The notes: generated from the sequence alone by a model not told the origin. A stretch of DNA of 52,649 nucleotides from Kiritimatiellia bacterium (GCA_041602695.1 JBFIFS010000006.1:1-52649); one strand, 5' to 3'; counted from the first letter of the stretch, positions 36,005 to 46,105 are shown. A program made the numbers and translations.

Positions 36005-38614
36005 ATGACCATACAGGCTGCGCTAGTTCTAATCCCGGCGGGGATAGCTCTCTACTCGGGAGTTTATCACCTTTTTCTGCATTCGAAATCAAAGTCTAAG
36101 CCCGCCCCCTCGGGACATCTCCCATTTGCACTGTGCTGCCTTACGATTGCCTTCTACGATCTTTTCTGCGTTGGCGTATACACTTCTCAAAGCCCCGATC
36201 AGTCCGTGATCTGGCAGAGGAACCAGCTCGTATCTCTTTCACTGCTCGGAATTTTCGTCATATGGTTCGTGTCTGAGTTTGTGCGCCGCAGCTCCAGGAG
36301 GCTGGACGTGGTCTTCTCCCTGACATACATTGCGCAGGCCCTCATCTTTTTGATCGACAGATCCGACCTGACATTCACCTCCGAGCCGCTCGTGACTAAT
36401 GTGGCTCTGTTCGGCCGTACGCTGGCCGTGTACAACGAAATGAAGCCGGGGCTGGCAGTCTCGCTGCATGGTGTCATAGGTGTCATCGCTATCATCTACG
36501 TCTTCTCTTCCCTTCTCAAACATCTGCTGAGGCATCCTGATACAGCTTCTGGCGCGGTAATCATCGGGTTCCTGGTCATATCGCTTGCGATGATTAATGA
36601 CAGCCTGGTGGCCAACGGCGTCTACAACTTTTTTTACCTGATCGAGTACTCTTTCGCGATTCTGGCAATCTCAATGGCCTACGCCCTTGCATGCAGGCAG
36701 ATGGCACTCGAAGGAGCCATTGTCAGCAGCGAGAGGCGCCTTCGTGAAACGATTGACAGCGTGCCGGACATCATCTATTCGCTTGATGCCCACGGACTGT
36801 TCTCAAGCATAAACGAATCTGCCGCGAAATTGCTTGGATTCAGGTCTGGCCAGATCATTGGCCGCCATTTTGTGGACTTCGTGCATCCAGACGACAAGTC
36901 CATCGTCAGGGACACCTTCGAGCAGACCGTTGCCAGGCAGGGACAGAAACCTCACAACATGAGGATTCGGCTGTGCAACTTCGACGGCGAGCCCGTCTGG
37001 ATCTCGATGAACTCAAGAATGGTTTATGACGATAATGGGAAGTTCCTGAGAGAACAGGGCGTAATTCGTGACATAAGAACCGTGCGCGAGTACGAGGAGG
37101 AGCTCCAGCAGCTGGCTGCGGCTGTGAACCAGGCCGATGAGTCCATAATCATCACAGACAGCCGCGGCGTAATCGAATACGTGAATCCTTTCTTCGAAAC
37201 CATGACCGGCTTCGCAAAAGATGAAATCATCGGAAAGAACACGTCGGTGCTGAAAAGCGGAAAGCACGACGAGAAGTTCTACGACGATCTGTGGTCCACT
37301 CTCCGCTCCGGCAATACGTGGCGCGGGCGCTTCACGAACCGGAAGAAGGACGGTACGCTCTTCGACGAGAACGCGGTCATATCACCGGTAATGAACAGCG
37401 AGGGGAGAGTCGGCCATTATGTGGCCGTGAAACGGGATATAACCCAGGAAGTAGCACTTGAGTCGCAGCTCAGAGAGTCACAGAAGATGGAGGCGATTGG
37501 AAGGCTGGCAGGCGGGATCGCACACGACTTTACCAACTCGCTTGTAATTATCCTGAACTCGGCACAGATGGCAAAGAAGCGGATCCCCGAAGACCAGGCC
37601 GAGGTCCACGAGCTGCTCGACCAGGTTGTAGCGGCTTCCGAGAAGACCTCATCCCTCACAAGCCAGCTGCTGGCCTTCTCACACAGCCACCAGATCTCGC
37701 CGCGTGTCATGAACCTCAACAAGGTAATTTCAGGCATAGACACGATGATCCAGAGGATGGTCGGGTCCAGAACCAACCTGAACATCAACCCGTGCCAGCA
37801 GCCTATATTCGTCAAGATCGATCCATCACAAATTGAACAGATCCTCATTCATCTTTCAGTGAATGCGAATGACGCCATGCCGGACGGCGGAAGCCTGACA
37901 ATAACAACAAAGATCATCAGGCTCACAAAAGAAGAGGCCTTCCAGATAGGCTCATCACATCATGCAGCTTCACCCGTATTTGGGGACATGGCGGAAATAT
38001 CCGTGACGGATTCCGGATGCGGAATGCCGCTGGATATCCAATCGCATGTTTTCGAGCCGTTCTTCACGACGAAGGGAAGAACGAAGAGCACGGGATTGGG
38101 CTTGTCGACCGTCTACGCCATCGCCCAGAAGCACGGGGGCTGCGTGGATGTTTACTCGAATCCCGGATATGGGACCACATTCAGGGTCTACCTGCCTATG
38201 GCTGAAAGCTCCACGGCATCACCGCCGGACAGCCAGCTGCCGCGAGGAAAAGAGAGCATTATGATCGTAGAAGACAACATTGTTTTCAGGCGGGCACTTG
38301 TTTCACAGCTCAAGCTCCTCGGCTACTCAGTTTTCGAGGTAGATGACGCAAGGGCGGCAATAAGCAGCTTCAAGGAGAAACAGGGCAATATCGATCTCGT
38401 TATTACCGATCTTATTATGCCGCACATGAACGGCAAGGAGATGTCCGAAAAAATGAAGGCCATCAAGGGAGGCACAAAGATCATATTCGCCTCCGCCTAT
38501 CCGCTGGAGCACCTTGTTGAGTCCAATCTCCTTGCGGCCACCGACACACTGATCAGCAAGCCTTTTGCGGTTGGTGACGTGGCATCCGCAGTCAGGGGCG
38601 CACTGGACACTTAA
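36005..38614 (+). CDS. Hybrid sensor histidine kinase (7TM-PAS-PAS-HisKA-HATPase-REC; CckA-like architecture)
   Basis: About seven hydrophobic helices, two PAS domains (FVHPDD; YVNPFFETMTG), LAGGIAHDFTN, NANDAMP, FEPFFTTK, TGLGL and REC DLVITDLIMP. Confidence 0.93.
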   Translation: MTIQAALVLIPAGIALYSGVYHLFLHSKSKSKPAPSGHLPFALCCLTIAFYDLFCVGVYTSQSPDQSVIWQRNQLVSLSLLGIFVIWFVSEFVRRSSRRLDVVFSLTYIAQALIFLIDRSDLTFTSEPLVTNVALFGRTLAVYNEMKPGLAVSLHGVIGVIAIIYVFSSLLKHLLRHPDTASGAVIIGFLVISLAMINDSLVANGVYNFFYLIEYSFAILAISMAYALACRQMALEGAIVSSERRLRETIDSVPDIIYSLDAHGLFSSINESAAKLLGFRSGQIIGRHFVDFVHPDDKSIVRDTFEQTVARQGQKPHNMRIRLCNFDGEPVWISMNSRMVYDDNGKFLREQGVIRDIRTVREYEEELQQLAAAVNQADESIIITDSRGVIEYVNPFFETMTGFAKDEIIGKNTSVLKSGKHDEKFYDDLWSTLRSGNTWRGRFTNRKKDGTLFDENAVISPVMNSEGRVGHYVAVKRDITQEVALESQLRESQKMEAIGRLAGGIAHDFTNSLVIILNSAQMAKKRIPEDQAEVHELLDQVVAASEKTSSLTSQLLAFSHSHQISPRVMNLNKVISGIDTMIQRMVGSRTNLNINPCQQPIFVKIDPSQIEQILIHLSVNANDAMPDGGSLTITTKIIRLTKEEAFQIGSSHHAASPVFGDMAEISVTDSGCGMPLDIQSHVFEPFFTTKGRTKSTGLGLSTVYAIAQKHGGCVDVYSNPGYGTTFRVYLPMAESSTASPPDSQLPRGKESIMIVEDNIVFRRALVSQLKLLGYSVFEVDDARAAISSFKEKQGNIDLVITDLIMPHMNGKEMSEKMKAIKGGTKIIFASAYPLEHLVESNLLAATDTLISKPFAVGDVASAVRGALDT

Positions 38615-38634
38615 TCGGCATCTTCGGGCCCGAC

Positions 38635-39792
38635 TCAGTCATCAAAGACAATATCGACCCGGCCCGTGTGCTCGTTCACGTGTTTGGCAAGGTACTCGGA
38701 GAGATCGCGCGAGTAGTCTGTTTCCTGATCATGCTCCATCTGCTTGTCAACCTGCCTAAGTCCGTCCTCACCAACGTCGGCGTCCTTGGCCGTGTCGTGG
38801 CGCATCCCGGGCTCAGGTTCAAGAAACTTTTTTATGATTGAAACGAGGTGCTCATTCTCCAGGACGTCGCCCGGAAGCAGGTCTTCAAGCCGGTCCTTAA
38901 GGCTGAGCTTGATCTCCAGAAGCTCCTTTTCGGTCACGGTGTCCTCGGCCAGCGGCTTTCCGCGCAGCATTTCCAAAGCTACCAGACCAAGGCTGAACAT
39001 GTCGGCCTGCGCGTCGCATATCTGCCTCCTGTGCATTTCCGGCGCCATATACATCGGCGAACCGAGAAGAAAGGTCAGCTTTTCCCCGGCTATTACCGCC
39101 CGGCCGAAATCCACCACTTTCACTGTCCCCAGCCTGTCTACCATTATGTTCGCCGGCTTAACATCGCAATGAAGGAAGTTGGCAGCATGAAGGCGCTCCA
39201 ACCCCTTGAGAACGCCCCTGAGAATGTATACCACTACACCTGGCTTCAGGCACAGGTTCCCCTCATATTTCCGAAAGACACCTGCTGTTGCCGCACTCCA
39301 GCTGTCGGGATCATCGAAGTTCTCAACCTTGTCAAACTCGTCCCGCCTTACCAGTCGGCGCAAGCCGAACCCGTCGATGGCCTCAAGCTGAACATACCCG
39401 ATTCCGTAAGTTTCCTCGTAAGTGTAGTGCGACACGAGGTGGGGACTCCGCAGCCTGTCCAGTTGCGAGATCTGGTATGCAATCCTGCCCATGTCCGTCC
39501 AGTATTCCTTAGCATTACGGTAGATCGAAGGGTCAAACACCTTGATCGCGTGCTCCGTCACGCAGCCTCGCGCGCCCTGCCTCATTGCCAGGAAAATCCG
39601 GCCCTGCCTCCCCCTGCCAAGCTCGCCTACAAAGTGATATACGACCGGGTAGAAGATCGCGCCCGTGTTAGTTATAGATTCATAATTCTCGAGGAGCTGG
39701 TCGAGGGTCATCCCGCCGAAAGTACCTCCGCCGGATATTGCTCCGCCGTCCACTATGCGTGGCTTTGCCGGTGGCTTGCGGGGTCGTGTCAT
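38635..39792 (-). CDS. Hanks-type Ser/Thr protein kinase, cytoplasmic
   Basis: GRGRQG, AIK, HCDVKPANI, DFG, GSPMYMAPE and DMFSLG motifs. The ATG at 39792 overlaps the ileS TGA (TGATG). No TM segment. Confidence 0.9.
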   Translation of the reverse strand: MTRPRKPPAKPRIVDGGAISGGGTFGGMTLDQLLENYESITNTGAIFYPVVYHFVGELGRGRQGRIFLAMRQGARGCVTEHAIKVFDPSIYRNAKEYWTDMGRIAYQISQLDRLRSPHLVSHYTYEETYGIGYVQLEAIDGFGLRRLVRRDEFDKVENFDDPDSWSAATAGVFRKYEGNLCLKPGVVVYILRGVLKGLERLHAANFLHCDVKPANIMVDRLGTVKVVDFGRAVIAGEKLTFLLGSPMYMAPEMHRRQICDAQADMFSLGLVALEMLRGKPLAEDTVTEKELLEIKLSLKDRLEDLLPGDVLENEHLVSIIKKFLEPEPGMRHDTAKDADVGEDGLRQVDKQMEHDQETDYSRDLSEYLAKHVNEHTGRVDIVFDD

Positions 39793-42700
39793 CAGGATTG
39801 CGCCTTCTTTACAGCAATACTGCAGGCGTGCCCGTTCACGTCCCACTCCTGCATTTCATCACTGTCCGCAGTCCTTTCGCAAGACACGCAAAGGGTCTCG
39901 GAGCCGACATAGGCCGCATGCTTCTCTATGGCCTCCGCCAGGTCCTCGTCAGATCTGTACAGAACTTCGATCCTGTCCTCTACCTCAAAACCGGACGTCT
40001 TCCTCATGTTCTGCACTTTGTTGACGAACTCCCGCGCCAGGCCCTCGGCCACCAGGTCGGGAGAGAGCTGCGTCTCAATGGCAACTACGACGTCTCCTTC
40101 TGCGGCAACGACCATGTCCTCGCGCGGAGTTCTTGTTACTACGACATCGCCGGATTCAAGCGTGGCGGACTCGCCGTCTATTTCCAGAGTCACGCTCTCG
40201 CCCGCGGCAAGCAGCTCCACCTTGCCCTCATCGAGCCCGGCGACAAGCTTGGCAACCTTTCCTACATCTTTGCCGAACCTTGGACCGAGCTGCTTGAAGT
40301 TCGCCTTAGCGGAAAGGTGCGCCATCTCTGTCTCGCGCTCTCCGACAACGAGCTCCTTCACATTCAGCTCCTCAAGGACGATGGATTTCATTTCAAGCGC
40401 GGCATCGCGCACGCTGCTGTCTCGACATACAACATGTATAGTCGAGAGCGGCTGGCGCACCTTGAGGTTGTTGTCGGCCCTCAGCTGACGCCCCATCTTT
40501 ACGATCCTGATTATGTAATCCATCTTTTCTTCAAGGGCTGAATCCCTCATCCCGCCGTCTGCCTCAGGGAATCGGCAGAGGTGCACAGACTCCTCCATGC
40601 CCTCGCTTCGCAGGTTCCTGTATATGCTCTCTGCGGTAAGAGGAATGAAAGGAGCTACAATCTTCGCAAACTTCAGGAGCACGTGATGAAGCGTAGTGTA
40701 GGCCTGCATCTTGTCTTCATCGTCCTGCGACTTCCAGAAGCGCCTGCGGCTCCTTCGAATGTACCAGTTCGTCAGCTGATCAATAAACACGAGAAAGGGC
40801 CGCACCGAGCCCTGAAGGTCATAGGAGTCCATCGCAGAAGAGACTTTTTCGCAAAGGCTCTCAAGCGCGCTCAGCACCCACCTGTCCAGCAGCACGTCGC
40901 TGGGCTCGTCACATGCCTTCCCGGCGTCCCAGTCGTCTATGTTCGCATACGTCACAAAGAAGCTGTAAGCGTTCCACAGAGGAATGAGTATGTGGCGTAC
41001 GAGGTGTTTCACGCCTTCCTCTGAGAAACACAGGTCCTCAGCGCGGACCACAGGCGAATTCATCATGTAAAGCCGAAGGGCATCCGCTCCGTATGTGTCG
41101 AGCATGTAAACGGGGTCGGGATAGTTCTTGAGCCTCTTGCTCATCTTACGGCCGTCCTCAGCCAGGATCATGCCGTTGACGATCACGTTCCTGAATGCCG
41201 GCCTGTCGAAGAGCGCTACGGACAGGACCATAAGGGTATAGAACCAGCCGCGCGTCTGGTCGAGGCCTTCCGCTATGAAGTCCGCAGGGAAGTGGCTCTC
41301 GAAATGCTCCCTGTTCTCAAAAGGGTAATGGGCCTGCGCGTAGGGCATCGACCCGCTTTCAAACCAGCAGTCAAGCACTTCCGGGATCCTGCGGAGCTTG
41401 CCCTTGCCCATGCTCGAAGGTATCTCAATAGAGTCTACAAAATGCTTGTGGAGATCATCCACCTTCACACCCGAAAGTTTCTCCAGCTCCTCTATAGAGC
41501 CTATGCAAACCCGCTCTTCGCCGTCTTCACTCACCCATATAGGCAAAGGAGTGCCCCAATACCGGTTTCTGGAAATTGCCCAGTCACGCGCGCCCTCCAG
41601 CCATTTGCCGAAACGTCCTTCCTGAATGTGGGACGGCACCCAGCGAATCTCGCGGTTAGCCTCAACCAGCCTGTCCTTGATCTTCTCTACCGCCACAAAC
41701 CAGGTGGATATCGCGCGATAGATCAACGGCTTGTCGCAGCGCCAGCAGTGAGGGTAACTGTGAACAAGAGTCGACCTGTGGACCAGCTTGCCCTCGGTCT
41801 TAAGCCTCCTGATTATGTCCGCATCCGCTTCCTTTACCTCCCTGCCCTGATAATCTGCTACCTCTGAAGTAAACCTGCCCTCGTCATCAACCGGACAAAC
41901 TACAGGAATCCCCTCCCGCACCCCCAGCGCATGGTCATCCTCACCGAAACCCGGCGCGATATGTACAACACCCGTACCATCCTCCGTAGAAACAAAATCT
42001 CCCGCGACTATCCTGAAAGCGCCATCAGACGAACGATCCGCGAAGAACGGAAACAGAGGCTTGTAGGTCCGCCCCACCAGGTCTTTACCGCTCAGATAGC
42101 TTACGGACTCATAGTCATCCTCTGACTTATAGAAATCGCCCATACGCGCGGCTGCCATGTAGTAAACAGCGCCATTCTCTACAACTTTCGCGTATTCTAT
42201 GTTTTCCCCGACGGCCAAAGCCATGTTGGACGGAAGCGTCCATGGGGTAGTTGTCCATGCCAGGATCGCGCCGCCCTCCTCGTCAGTCAGTTCAAACTTT
42301 ACCGTAATAGCCGGATCAGTGACTTCCTCGTAACCCTGGTTAGTTTCGAAATTCGAGAGCGGCGTCGAACAGCGCGGGCAGTAAGGCAGGATCTTGCTTC
42401 CCTCGTAGATAAGGCCTTTGTCCCAGAGGGACTTGAAGACCCACCATATGGATTCCATGTAGCGAGGCTCCATGGTCTTGTAATCGTTGTCGAAGTCTAC
42501 CCAGCGCCCCATCCGGGTAACGACAGCGCGCCATTCACTCGTATAACGCAGGACTATGCCCCGGCACTTCTCGTTGAAGACATCAACGCCCATCTTCTCG
42601 ATGTCTGTCTTACCGCTGATCTCAAGGTCCTGCTCAACTTCATACTCAACGGGCAGCCCATGGCAGTCCCAGCCGAAACGGCGCTCTACATACTTGCCCT

Positions 42701-42923
42701 TCATGGCCTGGTACCGGGGAACGATGTCCTTGATAGTACCTGCGAGAAGGTGCCCGTAATGCGGCAAGCCGGTGGCAAAGGGCGGCCCGTCATAAAACAC
42801 AAACTCGCCGTCACAACGCGACTTGTCCACGCTCTTTTCGAAAACCCCTGCTTCCTGCCAGTAAGCAAGAACCTCTGCCTCAACAGCGGGAAAATCCGCT
42901 CTATTTGATACTGCTTTGTACAT
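39792..42923 (-). CDS. ileS: Isoleucyl-tRNA synthetase, type 2 (IleRS2)
   Basis: YDGPPFATGLPHYGH, GWDCHGLP, WTTTPWTLPSN, WAISRNRYWG, EGLDQTRGWF and KMSKR. Long C-terminus without a Zn finger. Confidence 0.97.
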   Translation of the reverse strand: MYKAVSNRADFPAVEAEVLAYWQEAGVFEKSVDKSRCDGEFVFYDGPPFATGLPHYGHLLAGTIKDIVPRYQAMKGKYVERRFGWDCHGLPVEYEVEQDLEISGKTDIEKMGVDVFNEKCRGIVLRYTSEWRAVVTRMGRWVDFDNDYKTMEPRYMESIWWVFKSLWDKGLIYEGSKILPYCPRCSTPLSNFETNQGYEEVTDPAITVKFELTDEEGGAILAWTTTPWTLPSNMALAVGENIEYAKVVENGAVYYMAAARMGDFYKSEDDYESVSYLSGKDLVGRTYKPLFPFFADRSSDGAFRIVAGDFVSTEDGTGVVHIAPGFGEDDHALGVREGIPVVCPVDDEGRFTSEVADYQGREVKEADADIIRRLKTEGKLVHRSTLVHSYPHCWRCDKPLIYRAISTWFVAVEKIKDRLVEANREIRWVPSHIQEGRFGKWLEGARDWAISRNRYWGTPLPIWVSEDGEERVCIGSIEELEKLSGVKVDDLHKHFVDSIEIPSSMGKGKLRRIPEVLDCWFESGSMPYAQAHYPFENREHFESHFPADFIAEGLDQTRGWFYTLMVLSVALFDRPAFRNVIVNGMILAEDGRKMSKRLKNYPDPVYMLDTYGADALRLYMMNSPVVRAEDLCFSEEGVKHLVRHILIPLWNAYSFFVTYANIDDWDAGKACDEPSDVLLDRWVLSALESLCEKVSSAMDSYDLQGSVRPFLVFIDQLTNWYIRRSRRRFWKSQDDEDKMQAYTTLHHVLLKFAKIVAPFIPLTAESIYRNLRSEGMEESVHLCRFPEADGGMRDSALEEKMDYIIRIVKMGRQLRADNNLKVRQPLSTIHVVCRDSSVRDAALEMKSIVLEELNVKELVVGERETEMAHLSAKANFKQLGPRFGKDVGKVAKLVAGLDEGKVELLAAGESVTLEIDGESATLESGDVVVTRTPREDMVVAAEGDVVVAIETQLSPDLVAEGLAREFVNKVQNMRKTSGFEVEDRIEVLYRSDEDLAEAIEKHAAYVGSETLCVSCERTADSDEMQEWDVNGHACSIAVKKAQS

Positions 42924-42945
42924 TTTGCCCCTACCTCTTCAGAAA

Positions 42946-42983
42946 AGCCCTGAAAAACTACACGACAGGGCTCGGTCAATCAA
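42946..42983 (-). promoter_or_regulatory. Overlapping hairpin/terminator and sigma70 promoter upstream of ileS
   Basis: Minus strand TTGATT-N17-TAGTTT. The -10 box lies in the loop of AGCCCTG-N13-CAGGGCT, which is followed by TTTC. Confidence 0.5.
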
Positions 42984-42991
42984 TGGAAATA

Positions 42992-43810
42992 TCAGCGCCC
43001 GCAAAGGGTTCTGGCTATGTGGCGCCAATCTTCCATGGAGAGCTCCTCGGGCCTCATCCCTTCGAGATGCGCCACGGCCTGGGATGCGCCCGGCTTGTTT
43101 CCCGCCCTCTTCCTGAGGAGCATACCTATCTTCTTGCGGCGCTGCGAGAATGCGCCCTTGGCGAACTTCCTAAGGAATATCTTCTCCACTTCGGTCAGCC
43201 CGCCTTCTGCCCGCCGCCTGAGGCGAACAATGCACGAATCTACCTCCGGCCTCGGCCAGAAACAGCCCGGCGATACGGTCTTTACAAGTTCTACCTCGTG
43301 GTCCGTCTGCATCAGGAGGCCCATCAGGCTGAAATCACGGGTGCCCGGCTTTGCGCAGATCTTTCTGGCCACTTCGTCCTGGACCATCACGACAATCAGG
43401 TCAGCAATCCCGCAAGATACCATATCAACCAGAAAACGGCTGCCGCATGAGTAAGGCAGGTTCGATACACACTTGTTTACGTCCAGTGCACAGAAATCAA
43501 CGCGCATGATATCAGAGCCCACTATTTCGACATTGGGCGTACCGGCAAAGACCTCCCGCAGGCGGTCCGTGAGCTTGAAGTCCTTCTCCACGCAGACCAG
43601 ATGGCCCGCGCGCTCAGCCAACGGTACCGTGAGAACGCCAAGGCCGGGCCCCACCTCAAGGATCCTGTCACCGTTAGCCACGTCGGCCGCGTCAAGAATG
43701 ATTCCGAGGATATTGCGGTCTACGAGGAAGTTCTGCCCGAACCGTCTGCTGGGTTTGAGGCCTATCCGGTTCAATTCGGTTCGGACATCTTTGAGGCTGC
43801 AAAGATTCAT
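42992..43810 (-). CDS. rsmA: 16S rRNA m6,2A dimethyltransferase KsgA
   Basis: FGQNFL, LEVGPGLGVLT, SNLPY, MVQDEVA, FWPRPEVDS and FSQRRK motifs. Confidence 0.96.
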   Translation of the reverse strand: MNLCSLKDVRTELNRIGLKPSRRFGQNFLVDRNILGIILDAADVANGDRILEVGPGLGVLTVPLAERAGHLVCVEKDFKLTDRLREVFAGTPNVEIVGSDIMRVDFCALDVNKCVSNLPYSCGSRFLVDMVSCGIADLIVVMVQDEVARKICAKPGTRDFSLMGLLMQTDHEVELVKTVSPGCFWPRPEVDSCIVRLRRRAEGGLTEVEKIFLRKFAKGAFSQRRKKIGMLLRKRAGNKPGASQAVAHLEGMRPEELSMEDWRHIARTLCGR

Positions 43811-43817
43811 GTCCGCA

Positions 43818-44789
43818 TCAATCGAGGCTTACGTCATTGATTTTTATGTAAGCGCTCTTCTTCAACAATTCTATCCACGCCTTGGCCTCTGCGCTGGCCT
43901 TCTGCCTCTTCAGCTCCCTCTCAACCAGCGGTTGAACATCGGCAAACTCCTTCTTCACGGCATCCTTCCTGTCCTCGACCCTGAAGATATAGACCTCACC
44001 CTTGCCTTCAACAACACCCACTTCTCCCACTTCCATGGCATCAGCGGCCTCTCTAATGTCCTTCCGCAGGATGTCAGGCTCAATCCATCCCCAGTCCCCG
44101 CCGTTCTGGGCATAAGTGCCCGACGAATATTTCCTGGCGAGCCCGGCAAAGTCCTCTCCCTTTTCGATCCGCTTCTTCAGCATCTCCGCCAGGGCCGCCG
44201 GATCGTCTGCTTTCTGCGCCTTGTCGAGGACGATCATACTGACCTTGATTCTGCTTGGGACTACAAACCGTCCCTTTTCTTTCTTGTAGAATGCAAGCAC
44301 TTCAGACGGTGAAACGGAGACGTTGCTGTCTATCTTCATGCCTCGAACACTCGAAATCACAATATGGTCTTTCAGCTCGCTGCGCCACTGCTCAAAAGTC
44401 TGCCTGTCCCGGGCCAGGATATTCATGAAGCGCGTCCTGTCGCCCGCAAAAGACTCCTTGATTATTTCATCAACACGCCGATCGACATACCACTCAGGAA
44501 TCTGAATGCGCGAACTTTCTTCGCTGTCCAATATAAGAAACTTCTCCACCAGCGATTCCAACGCGCTCTCGTAAAGGGCGCGGACCTCCTTCTTCTGGTC
44601 AGCACTGCTGCCGGCGGAGGCCAAGCGGTGACGCAGGGGATCGATGGAGGACATGATGTCTCCAACCGTTACAACATGCTCATTTACCACAGCGGCCACG
44701 CCGTCGAGAAGATACTCGCCCTTCTGCTGGGCACGCACACTGCCGGCGGCAAAACACAGCAACGCAGAAAGTAAAATCCATCTATTCAT
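43818..44789 (-). CDS. surA: SurA-like periplasmic chaperone / parvulin peptidyl-prolyl isomerase
   Basis: Signal peptide from ATG 44789 (MNRWILLSALLCFAAGSVRA), VAAVVNEHVVT and parvulin GEDFAGLARKYS...GGDWGWI. Upstream of rsmA. The longer ORF-track start overlaps the divergent gene. Confidence 0.8.
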   Translation of the reverse strand: MNRWILLSALLCFAAGSVRAQQKGEYLLDGVAAVVNEHVVTVGDIMSSIDPLRHRLASAGSSADQKKEVRALYESALESLVEKFLILDSEESSRIQIPEWYVDRRVDEIIKESFAGDRTRFMNILARDRQTFEQWRSELKDHIVISSVRGMKIDSNVSVSPSEVLAFYKKEKGRFVVPSRIKVSMIVLDKAQKADDPAALAEMLKKRIEKGEDFAGLARKYSSGTYAQNGGDWGWIEPDILRKDIREAADAMEVGEVGVVEGKGEVYIFRVEDRKDAVKKEFADVQPLVERELKRQKASAEAKAWIELLKKSAYIKINDVSLD

Positions 44790-44844
44790 AACACCCGCTA
44801 TTGACTCGAAATTACACACTCGAAAAAACATAACCCATTCCCGT

Positions 44845-44874
44845 TTGACAATCAATTTCACTCTGAGGTATTTT
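44845..44874 (+). promoter_or_regulatory. sigma70 promoter (leaderless) of the lipoprotein-trmH unit
   Basis: TTGACA-N18-TATTTT, 6 nt before ATG 44881. No SD. Confidence 0.6.
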
Positions 44875-44880
44875 GTCCTC

Positions 44881-45270
44881 ATGAAAAAGCTCCTTTTTGC
44901 ACTATTTATCGGCACCTTGGGGGCATGCTTCGCTTTCCTCCTGAACGGGTGCGAAACGACTTCGGCTGCCAAGTCTCCCGAAATCACGCCTTCCTCAGCG
45001 ACCATCAAGATCGGGCAGGCCGTGGAGTTCAGGGCTTCGGGCGGATTTGATTACGAATGGAGCCTTCAGAACGAGACTCTGGGACGCCTCGACACACGTC
45101 GCGGATCAAAAGTCGTCTACAGAAGCATGTATGACCCGGGAACGAGCAATTCAGCCATACAGGTACTGACCGTATCCTCCACGATCGAAGGATCGAGCGG
45201 CACTACCAATACTGAAACGTTCGTCCAGACCGGAGAGGCATACATTACTCATATCTCCACCAATTCATGA
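44881..45270 (+). CDS. Small lipoprotein with an Ig-like beta domain
   Basis: MKKLL...LNG-C lipobox and ITPSSATIKIGQAVEFRASGG...YEWS (Big-type Ig pattern). ATGA overlap with the next gene. Confidence 0.75.
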   Translation: MKKLLFALFIGTLGACFAFLLNGCETTSAAKSPEITPSSATIKIGQAVEFRASGGFDYEWSLQNETLGRLDTRRGSKVVYRSMYDPGTSNSAIQVLTVSSTIEGSSGTTNTETFVQTGEAYITHISTNS

Positions 45271-46091
45271 CCTCGGTCGGCCCCACGATCACCAGCCTTC
45301 AGAACCCGGGCATTAAGCGCTGCGTGAAACTGCGCCAGAGAAGCCACAGGGATGAGATGAACCTGATGCTGATCGAAGGCTACCGGGAACTGCTGAGGGC
45401 AGTGGAAAGCGGGCACATCCTCGAACAGCTGTATATCTGCAGGGACCTGTTTCTGGGCACAAATGAAGAGGCGCTCATATCCCGCTGCTCTGACAGCGGA
45501 GCTGAAATACTCCCCTGCACGGAACAGGTATTCAAGAAGATGGCTTACAGAGACCGTCCGGACGGCCTGCTGGCTGTAGCACCCCAGATCAGGCATTCCC
45601 TGACCGATATCGAACTGGGAAGTCCAGCGCTGCTGATCGTGGCTGAATCCATTGAAAAGCCGGGCAACCTCGGAACCATTCTGCGTTCCTCAGACGCCGC
45701 CGGAGTTGATGCAGTCATAGTCTGCGACAGGTGTACCGACATCAACAATCCGAATGTCATCAGGGCCAGCACAGGAACCATATTCTCCGTAAAGACAGTT
45801 GAGTGCAGCACGGATGAGGCAATCGCCTTCCTTCAAAAGAACGGCATTGCCATAGCATCCGCCACGCCGCACACAGACACACTCTAGACTGACGCGGACA
45901 TGTCCCGCCCGCTGGCGCTTGTCCTCGGCACGGAGCAATATGGCCTCAGCGAGACATGGCTCAAGAACTGTGACATACAGGTCAAGATTCCGATGCTTGG
46001 GCAGGCCGACTCACTCAACGTCGCCTCCGCCGCAACGATTCTTCTTTATGAGGCCGTAAGGCAGCGCCGGCTGCCTTCGCAACAGCCGTAA
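45267..46091 (+). pseudogene. TrmH/SpoU-family RNA 2'-O-methyltransferase interrupted by an in-frame TAG at 45885-45887
   Basis: ITSLQNP, IEG and EKPGNLGTILRS before the stop. The same frame continues after it as TDADMSRPLALVLGTEQYGL...IPMLGQADSLNVASA (SPOUT motifs 2 and 3). Confidence 0.8.
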
Positions 46092-46105
46092 GCCACAGAT
46101 TCGGC

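Noticed and set aside
38848-40541. Long plus-strand ORFs (354 and 267 aa) and the many similar alternative-frame ORFs in the track
   Set aside because: They are antisense or off-frame shadows of well-supported genes in GC-rich DNA, with no motifs.
42924-42991. T-box riboswitch upstream of ileS
   Set aside because: The intergenic region is only 68 bp and has no AGGGTGGNACCGCG T-box motif.
44644-45008. Apparent long head-to-head overlap of surA and the lipoprotein ORF
   Set aside because: Artefact of longest-ORF starts; signal peptides place the true starts at 44789 (-) and 44881 (+).
45885-45887. Genome-wide TAG reassignment
   Set aside because: TAG terminates many conserved genes at their expected ends (aceE, clpP, rho, coaE, deoB); only one internal TAG was seen.
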